Source: Dehalococcoidia bacterium (GTDB taxonomy: Bacteria; Chloroflexota; Dehalococcoidia; Lucifugimonadales; Australimonadaceae). Taken from it: DNA of 64,000 nucleotides. Location: positions 24,950 through 88,949 of the forward strand of contig CBDFLP010000019.1 of the NCBI GenBank assembly GCA_965249325.1, read 5' to 3'. This document shows, piece after piece, positions 57,668-64,000 of this stretch. Under the pieces are notes generated by a model. The model was not told the origin of the DNA and did no database searches. It saw only the letters and a list, made by a program, of their open reading frames with translations. Both the position numbers and the translations under genes were made by a program. How positions within the stretch are numbered: the first letter of the stretch is position 1; every line of letters begins with the position of its first letter.

Positions 57668-58135
57668 CTATTGCTGACGCCGAGGGCGTTGGCGGTCCGC
57701 GGAGTCCACGATGATGGTCACGGGGCCGTCGTTGACGAGGGCGACCTCCATCATCTCCTGAAAGCGGCCCGTCTCGACCGCGGCACCCGCGTCCCGGAAA
57801 CGTTCGACGAGGTCGGCGAAGCGGGAGGCCGCGGCGGCGGGGGCGGCGGCATCGGTGAAGGACGGACGCCGTCCCTTGCGCGTATCCCCGTACAGGGTGA
57901 ACTGGCTGACGACGAGCAAGCTGCCGCCGACATCGAGCAGGGAGCGGTCGAACCGGCCTGCGTCGTCGGGGAAGATGCGCATGTTCACGGTCTTATCCAC
58001 GACGTAGGCCGCGTCGGCGTCGGTGTCGTCGCGTCCCACGGCAGCGAGAACGAGGAGGCCGCGGCCTATCGCAGCTACGGGTGCGCCGTCGATGGAAACG
58101 GACGCGCTGCTGACGCGCTGAAGGACCGCGCGCAT
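57668..58135 (-). CDS. dtd: D-aminoacyl-tRNA deacylase
   Basis: MRAVLQRVSSASVSIDG, LLVVSQFTLYGDTRKGRRPSF. Confidence 0.9.
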   Translation of the reverse strand: MRAVLQRVSSASVSIDGAPVAAIGRGLLVLAAVGRDDTDADAAYVVDKTVNMRIFPDDAGRFDRSLLDVGGSLLVVSQFTLYGDTRKGRRPSFTDAAAPAAAASRFADLVERFRDAGAAVETGRFQEMMEVALVNDGPVTIIVDSADRQRPRRQQ

Positions 58136-58138
58136 CCG

Positions 58139-58462
58139 CTACTTGGATTCGCTGGAGGCCTTGCTCTTGGAGCTCTCGCTCTTCGACTCGGAGGTCTTGG
58201 ACTCGGAGCTCTTCGATTCAGAGGTCTTGGACTCCGACTTCGACTCCGAAGAGGAGGAGGAGCCGTTCGACGAGCTGCTGCCCTTGCGAGCGTAGTCGGT
58301 GGTGTAGAAGCCAGAGCCCTTGTAGATGACGGTCGGCGCGACGAACCTGCGCCTGGCCGTCTCGTCGCAGACGGGACAGATGGTCTCGGTGCTGGCGTCG
58401 AACCCCTGCTTGAGGTCGAACTCATTGCCGCAGGCGCCGCATTGATATGCGTATATGGGCAT
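58139..58462 (-). CDS. FmdB-family zinc-ribbon protein with a Ser/Glu/Lys repeat tail
   Basis: MPIYAYQCGACGNEFDL..CPVCDE, then a low-complexity tail SSSSESKSESKTSESKSSESKTSESKSESSKSKASSESK. Confidence 0.75.
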   Translation of the reverse strand: MPIYAYQCGACGNEFDLKQGFDASTETICPVCDETARRRFVAPTVIYKGSGFYTTDYARKGSSSSNGSSSSSESKSESKTSESKSSESKTSESKSESSKSKASSESK

Positions 58463-58632
58463 CCGTATAACCTGGCGACTTAGCAGTCGAAACGGGCGAG
58501 TGCTAATGCAAAATAGCGCGGATGGGGCCGCCTGTCAACCGGGCGGCGCCCGTTCACCTGTGAAATCCCTTGCCCTCGGCGCTCCTGATATGCTATGTTC
58601 GGCCGGTTGCAAAGACGATTGCTGGAGCGTTC

Positions 58633-58818
58633 ATGGCCTACGTATCGATTAGAGATGGCGAGCCGCCCGAGGCTATCGTTTCACGTTTCCGCGCGGCGGT
58701 GACGAGGAACGGGATTCTCAAGGAGCACAAGGACCGCCGGTTCTTCCGCTCGAAGGGCGAGAAGGCCCGCATCGCCGCTCGCCGTTCAGCTCGACGACGC
58801 CGACGCTCAGCCGCGTAG
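58633..58818 (+). CDS. rpsU: 30S ribosomal protein S21
   Basis: MAYVSIRDGEPPEAIVSRFRAAVTRNGILKEHKDRRFFRSKGEKARI; 61 aa. Confidence 0.85.
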   Translation: MAYVSIRDGEPPEAIVSRFRAAVTRNGILKEHKDRRFFRSKGEKARIAARRSARRRRRSAA

Positions 58819-58892
58819 GCTCCCACCCCGCCGACCCCCACAGGCGCCCGCTTTGACGGGCGCATTCTTCGTTTGGGGCGACTCTTGCTCTT

Positions 58893-59285
58893 CTATTGGC
58901 GTTCCTCCGCCCACTGGACGACTGCTTCGGCGACCTCCAACGCAGCCAAGTATTCTTCGAGGGCGACGGGTCTGACGGGGCCGGGGTAGCGCGTAATCAA
59001 CGCGAACGGGGTGAGTTCCTCAGCCTTGCGCACCATGTCAGGAAGGGCCTCTCCTGCCTCTTCCAGCAACGACAGTAGGCGAGCCAGGTCATGCACGTAG
59101 GGAAACTCAAGGCCACGCTCAATCAGCACGGACTTGATGGCTTTCTCAGCCGCCTGCTGCGCCTCGAAGCATAGGTCTTCCAGGTAAGCGCCTGAGATGC
59201 GGTTCTTCGCCAAAGCAAGATTGCTTCTGGCGCGGTTCAACCATTCTCTCGGGTCGTCCGGGGAGAACCGCTCAGGGGGACTCAT
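58893..59285 (-). CDS. HEPN-domain protein (toxin-like partner of the MNT gene)
   Basis: REWLNRARSNLALAK..AQQAAEKAIKSVL..ITRYPG. 14-nt overlap with the upstream MNT gene. Confidence 0.75.
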   Translation of the reverse strand: MSPPERFSPDDPREWLNRARSNLALAKNRISGAYLEDLCFEAQQAAEKAIKSVLIERGLEFPYVHDLARLLSLLEEAGEALPDMVRKAEELTPFALITRYPGPVRPVALEEYLAALEVAEAVVQWAEERQ

Positions 59286-59586
59286 ACACCACCGTCCCGT
59301 CTCGGAGGGCCGGCTTGATCACGAGGGCGTGGCTATCTTTGTAGCGCTCCACGTCTTCAGGGGAGACCACGATTGCATCAACCGCAGCGCCGACGCCATG
59401 CAGCCTCCGGTATATCCGGCCCATGAGGTCAAGCGCGTCTCCTCCATGCTTGATGATGAGCAGGTCAATGTCGCTGTTCGGGCCCATGCCGCCGCGCGCC
59501 GCGGAGCCAAAAAGGATGATCTTCTCCGGCTCCGCCACGTCGACGATGCGCTCGATCACGTCGTCCAAGACTCTCTGTTCAACCAT
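59272..59586 (-). CDS. Nucleotidyltransferase-domain protein (MNT-type antitoxin-like)
   Basis: ILFGSAARGGMGPNSDIDLLII; 104 aa. Confidence 0.78.
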   Translation of the reverse strand: MVEQRVLDDVIERIVDVAEPEKIILFGSAARGGMGPNSDIDLLIIKHGGDALDLMGRIYRRLHGVGAAVDAIVVSPEDVERYKDSHALVIKPALRDGTVVYESP

Positions 59587-59707
59587 ACGGCTCTCGACTA
59601 TCGCCCAGCTGCGGGCAGCATAGCATTCCCCCTAGTCTTTCCCTAGAAGACGCGCGTCCTCCATCACTCCGGCGAGGCGGAATCCCGGCGCACCAAAGGG
59701 GCGTGAT

Positions 59708-61537
59708 ATGCTCGGAGCGTCCTTCGGAAGCCGCATGCGCGGCAAACCCTGGTTCACGAACGTGACACGACCACTCCGCTTAGCCCTCGGGCAGTTCAAT
59801 CCGACAGTCGGCGACCTCCAAGGCAACGCCGACCGGATGATTGCGCTCGTCGACAAGGCGCGGGAGCAGGAGGCGGACGTCGTAGCGTTCCCAGAGCTCG
59901 CCCTCACCGGCTATCCGCCGGAGGACCTGCTCTTCAAGAAGCAGTTCTTGACGGACGCCGCGACGCAGCTCGAACGGCTCGCCGCCGCCAGCGGGGACAT
60001 CACCGTGGTCGCGGGCGCGCCCGATCTGGTCGATGGCGAGCCGTTCCATCTGGGGGCGGTCCCGTACCCCGACGAGGTCATGGGGCGCATCTTCAACGGA
60101 GCGGCAGTCGCCTACGACGGCCGTCTGGTCAACATCTATCACAAGGTCCTGCTGCCGAACTACGGCGTGTTCGACGAGGAGCGCTACTTCGAGCGCGGCG
60201 ACGAGTGCCCCGTCTTTACCGTCAACGGCGTACAGGTCGGCGTCAACATCTGCGAGGACATCTGGTACGACGTTGGACCGACCACCGTTCAGCGGCTCGC
60301 GGGCGCCGAAGTGGTCGTCAACGTCACCTCCTCGCCATACCACCGAGGCAAGGGGCAGCAGCGCCACGCGATGCTCTCCAAGCGCGCGGCCCAGCACGGG
60401 CTATTCGTCGCCTACGTGAACGTTGTGGGCGGTCAGGATGAGCTGGTCTTCGACGGCCAGAGCGTCGTGTTCGACCCACGGGGCGCGCTCATCGCTCGCG
60501 GACCCCAGTTCGAAGACTCGCTCGTCGTCGTCGACATCGATGCCGATGAGGTCGGCCCGCCCTCGCTGGACGGCTCGCTGATCGAGGCGAAGCTGGACAG
60601 CATCGGCCGACCCGCGCGCTATCACCTCTTCGACGCGCGCCCCGGCAGCCGTGAGCCCCTCCCAGCGCCCATGGCCGAGGAACTGCACCCGCTGAGCGAG
60701 GTGTATCAGGCGCTCGTCACCGGCACGCGCGATTACGTCGTCAAGAGCGGGTTCCGCGGCGCGGTCATCGGCCTCTCCGGCGGCATCGACTCTGCGCTGA
60801 CGACCGCGATCGCCGCCGACGCCCTCGGGCCGGACAGGGTGACGACGTTCTTCATGCCGTCCCAGTACACGTCGGACCAATCGTACGAGGACTCCGTATC
60901 GCTCACCGCCAACCTTGGTGTGCGGATGGCCGTTCTGCCCATCAAGCCGGTGTTCGACTCCTACCTCGACACGCTCGCGGAGGAGTTCGGGGACGCGGCC
61001 CCCGACACGACCGAGGAGAACATCCAGGCGCGCATACGCGGCAACCTGCTGATGGCGGCCTCGAACAAGTTCGGATGGATCGTGCTGACGACGGGCAACA
61101 AGAGCGAGATGGCCACGGGCTACGCGACGCTCTACGGCGACATGGCCGGCGGGTTCGCCGTCATCAAGGACGTGCCGAAGACCCTCGTGCGGGAGCTGTC
61201 GCGCCACCGCAACGCGATGGCCGGCCGGGAGGTCATCCCGGAGTCGATCATCGTCCGCCCGCCAACCGCCGAGCTGCGTCCCGACCAGAAGGACGAGGAC
61301 TCGCTGCCGCCCTACGACGTGCTCGACGCAATCATCGAGGCGTACGTGGAGGAGGACCGCAGCGTGGAAGAGATGCTCGAGGCGGGCATGCCGCGGGACG
61401 CCGTCGAGCTGACTATCCGCCTCGTGGACAGGAGCGAGTACAAGCGCAGGCAGGCGCCGCCTGGCGTGAAGATCACCCGTCGCAACTTCGGGCGCGACCG
61501 TCGGCTGCCCCTCGTGAACCGGTACCGGCAGGCGTAG
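59708..61537 (+). CDS. nadE: Glutamine-dependent NAD+ synthetase
   Basis: CN-hydrolase N-domain ([31 protein letters not shown]) and synthetase domain (GLSGGIDSA). The start may be the downstream ATG 59735. Confidence 0.9.
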   Translation: MLGASFGSRMRGKPWFTNVTRPLRLALGQFNPTVGDLQGNADRMIALVDKAREQEADVVAFPELALTGYPPEDLLFKKQFLTDAATQLERLAAASGDITVVAGAPDLVDGEPFHLGAVPYPDEVMGRIFNGAAVAYDGRLVNIYHKVLLPNYGVFDEERYFERGDECPVFTVNGVQVGVNICEDIWYDVGPTTVQRLAGAEVVVNVTSSPYHRGKGQQRHAMLSKRAAQHGLFVAYVNVVGGQDELVFDGQSVVFDPRGALIARGPQFEDSLVVVDIDADEVGPPSLDGSLIEAKLDSIGRPARYHLFDARPGSREPLPAPMAEELHPLSEVYQALVTGTRDYVVKSGFRGAVIGLSGGIDSALTTAIAADALGPDRVTTFFMPSQYTSDQSYEDSVSLTANLGVRMAVLPIKPVFDSYLDTLAEEFGDAAPDTTEENIQARIRGNLLMAASNKFGWIVLTTGNKSEMATGYATLYGDMAGGFAVIKDVPKTLVRELSRHRNAMAGREVIPESIIVRPPTAELRPDQKDEDSLPPYDVLDAIIEAYVEEDRSVEEMLEAGMPRDAVELTIRLVDRSEYKRRQAPPGVKITRRNFGRDRRLPLVNRYRQA

Positions 61538-61541
61538 GGCG

Positions 61542-61730
<189 letters not shown>

Positions 61731-61752
61731 GCCCCCCATCTGCTCTGGTTTC

Positions 61753-61965
61753 CTCCCCCGTCTGCGAGACCTTTGCGTAACCTCGAACTGGTTCGTGGTG
61801 AGCCTGTCGAACCATGGACCAGCCTGGGATAACGGGGAGTGCAGAGGGGCTAAGCCCCTCTGCCGGGGGTGTGGGGGTGTCCCCCACAGCATACGGGCGG
61901 GTGGGTGGGAAGAGTTACGCCCGCCCGAAAAAGAGTTACGCAAAGGTCTCGCCTGCGGGGGAGGA
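61753..61965. repeat. MITE-like 213-bp structured element with 30-bp terminal inverted repeats
   Basis: IR-L CCTCCCCCGTCTGCGAGACCTTTGCGTAAC (61753..61782) versus the reverse complement of 61936..61965, 27/30 identical. Internal perfect hairpins GCAGAGGGGC-TAA-GCCCCTCTGC and GTGGGGG-TGT-CCCCCAC. Confidence 0.6.
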
Positions 61966-61986
61966 CTGAGGAGGCACCGGCAAGCG

Positions 61987-62427
61987 TCACGCCGGAATCA
62001 CGTAAAGGAAGGGCCGCGCCTCCTCGGCGGCCAAGTTTGCGAGCCTGGCGTCGAAGGTTGCGAGCTGTCCCTTGCGCTGCATCGCGACGCCCAGCAAGAC
62101 GGCGTCCGTAACCTGGCGATACCCCTGGATGCGGGCGACAATTGCCCCCGGCAGATCAATCATGGACACGTCCTGGGGCCAGAACGAATGCGCGCCCCGC
62201 TGCCTGAGCTCATCCAGCATTTCGATGGCCTCGCGAGGGGTTACGATGTGCTCTACCACCGAATGGTTGCAAGAGAGGCGCACGAATCCGGCTTCGGTCA
62301 GTGGGCAGGTCGCCCAACCCTCTTCCCTCTGCTCCCTGAACCAAGCTTGGACTGCGTCATGATGCACATGGCCGGACCAAGCCAGAGCTACGAGCGCGTT
62401 GACGTCCAATAGCGCGATCACGGCCAA
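61987..62427 (-). CDS. vapC: PIN-domain ribonuclease toxin VapC
   Basis: MAVIALLDVNALVALAW..; 146 aa; 10-nt overlap with the upstream antitoxin gene. Confidence 0.8.
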   Translation of the reverse strand: MAVIALLDVNALVALAWSGHVHHDAVQAWFREQREEGWATCPLTEAGFVRLSCNHSVVEHIVTPREAIEMLDELRQRGAHSFWPQDVSMIDLPGAIVARIQGYRQVTDAVLLGVAMQRKGQLATFDARLANLAAEEARPFLYVIPA

Positions 62428-62645
62428 TCATCGAGCGCCCGGTACACGTCCTCATCGGTGATGGGCTTGGCGCCGGGGGCGACGCCGAACACGGGCATCC
62501 CGTATTCATTCACGGTGATAGTCGCCCGCGGAAAACCGCGCCGCACAAGCTCCGACAGCGCGCTGCCGAGGCTGCACCCGTTCCGGCTTGCCAGCTCCCT
62601 GGCGAGGTCGAGCACGTCATCATCGATGTTCACTGTCGTTCGCAT
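62418..62645 (-). CDS. vapB: VapB-type antitoxin
   Basis: MRTTVNIDDDVLDLARELASRNGCSLGSALSELVRRG; 75 aa from Met22 of the listed ORF. Confidence 0.75.
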   Translation of the reverse strand: MRTTVNIDDDVLDLARELASRNGCSLGSALSELVRRGFPRATITVNEYGMPVFGVAPGAKPITDEDVYRALDDWP

Positions 62646-62782
62646 CACCGCATCACACCACATCATTGCATCACACGCACCTTCTCCCAATGTCAACCAC
62701 GATGTCAATCCCCCCCGCCGTTGGCGTCGTGAGAAGCCGCCCCGTACAATCGCCGCGCGGTCTATCCGCGAGGAGCGAGGGA

Positions 62783-63967
62783 ATGATGGACGTTGTCATC
62801 GTCAGCGGCGCGCGGACTCCCATCGGACGATTCGGCGGCTCGTTCAAGGACATGCCTGCCTCGGAGCTCGGCGCGGTCGCCATCAGGGCCGCCGTCGAGC
62901 GCGCCGGCATCGACCCCGGCGACGTGGACGAAGTCATCATGGGCAACGTCCTGCAGGCCGACGAGACCGGCTACACGGCGCGGCGCGCCATGCTCAAGGC
63001 CGACCTGCCGGAGCACATTCCCGCCATGACCGTGAACCGCGCCTGCTCCTCCGGCCTCGAATCGATCAACCTGGCCGTCCAGGCCATCGCCACCGGCGAG
63101 TCCGAGATCGTCGTCGCGGGCGGCGCGGACAGCATGAGCCGCGTACCTTACCTGATGCGCGGCGTCCGCTTCGAGGGCCCCCGCATGGGCGACTACGCCG
63201 TCACCGACGGCCTCACCCTGGGCCTGAGCTGCCCCATCTACGACTACCACATGGGCGTGACCGCCGAGAACGTCGCCGAGCGGTTCGAGGTCACGCGCGA
63301 GACCCAGGACGCGATGGCGCTCCTGAGCCATCAGCGCGCCGTCCACGCCCAGGCCGAGGGGTACTTCGACGGCCAGATCGCCCCGGTCTCCGTGCCCCAG
63401 CGGCGCGGCGGCCCCATCGAAGTCACGGCGGACGAGCACCCGCGCGCCGACACGACCCTCGAAGGGCTGGGCAAGCTGCGCGCCGTGTTCAAGGACGGCG
63501 GCACCGTCACCGCCGGCAACTCGGCCGGCATCAACGATGCAGCCGCCGCGGTCGTCGTCATGTCCCGCGAGCGGGCCGAGTCCCTCGGCCTCACGCCGCG
63601 GCTGCGATGGGTGGGACGCGGCGTCTCGGGCGTGGACCCGTCGGTCATGGGCATCGGGCCCGTCCCCTCGACGCGCAAAGTGCTGCAGAAGACCGGCATG
63701 GCCATCGAAGACCTCGACCTCGTCGAGCTCAACGAGGCGTTCGCCGCCCAAGCCGCCTACGTGATGCGCGAGCTGGAGATGGACCCGGACAAGACCAACG
63801 TGAACGGCAGCGGCATCTCGCTCGGCCACCCCGTCGGCGCCACCGGCGCAATCATGACCGTCAAGCTCATGGAGGAGCTCTCCCGCACCGACGGCCACTT
63901 CGGACTCGTCACCATGTGCGTAGGCGGCGGCCAGGGAGTCTCGACGATCTTCGAGCGGCTCAACTAG
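62783..63967 (+). CDS. Acetyl-CoA C-acetyltransferase (thiolase)
   Basis: MMDVVIVSGARTPIGRFGGS, NRACSSGLESI, NEAFAAQ, CVGGGQG; 394 aa. Confidence 0.9.
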   Translation: MMDVVIVSGARTPIGRFGGSFKDMPASELGAVAIRAAVERAGIDPGDVDEVIMGNVLQADETGYTARRAMLKADLPEHIPAMTVNRACSSGLESINLAVQAIATGESEIVVAGGADSMSRVPYLMRGVRFEGPRMGDYAVTDGLTLGLSCPIYDYHMGVTAENVAERFEVTRETQDAMALLSHQRAVHAQAEGYFDGQIAPVSVPQRRGGPIEVTADEHPRADTTLEGLGKLRAVFKDGGTVTAGNSAGINDAAAAVVVMSRERAESLGLTPRLRWVGRGVSGVDPSVMGIGPVPSTRKVLQKTGMAIEDLDLVELNEAFAAQAAYVMRELEMDPDKTNVNGSGISLGHPVGATGAIMTVKLMEELSRTDGHFGLVTMCVGGGQGVSTIFERLN

Positions 63968-64000
63968 GGGTTACCCAAAAGCCATCGACGCCATAACCCG

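Noticed and set aside
58570-58632. Longer S21 ORF starting at 58570
   Set aside because: S21 homologs begin at MAYV.. (58633). The extension is hydrophobic and unconserved-looking, and it overlaps the likely promoter region.

Overview
High-GC (~65%) bacterial chromosome segment. By eye, the 16S sequence and gene content (F420/LLM enzymes, Rieske oxygenases, amidohydrolases) suggest Chloroflexota, possibly Dehalococcoidia/SAR202-like; this is tentative. All homology calls come from reading the translations, with no searches run. The backbone is housekeeping: the conserved minus-strand array rpsB-tsf-pyrH-frr-uppS-cdsA-dxr-rseP-ispG-proS, plus prfB with its +1 frameshift, pdxST, tmk, dcd, dtd, rpsU, nadE, a 16S rRNA with no 23S in the window, tRNA-Pro and tRNA-Ile. 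Several accessory features interrupt this backbone. (1) A decayed 3.6-kb integrative island sits in the tRNA-Ile that follows the 16S; it duplicates the tRNA 5' part. (2) An IS110-family element is inserted in a REP-like hairpin and has a candidate bridge-RNA region. (3) There are two orphan terminase-large-subunit-like genes. One lies behind a promoter carrying Gram-positive-type LexA boxes; the other is frameshifted, contains an in-frame REP copy, and is read by the ORF finder as one ORF with a DEAD-box helicase. (4) Several families of REP/MITE-like hairpin repeats are present. (5) Toxin-antitoxin modules and their remnants occur alongside numerous frameshifted or truncated gene fragments. 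(6) A cluster of uncharacterised enzymes spans 13.4-20.1 kb. No CRISPR array, reverse transcriptase or intact prophage was seen. Many long ORFs in the track are antisense or alternate-frame artefacts of high GC.
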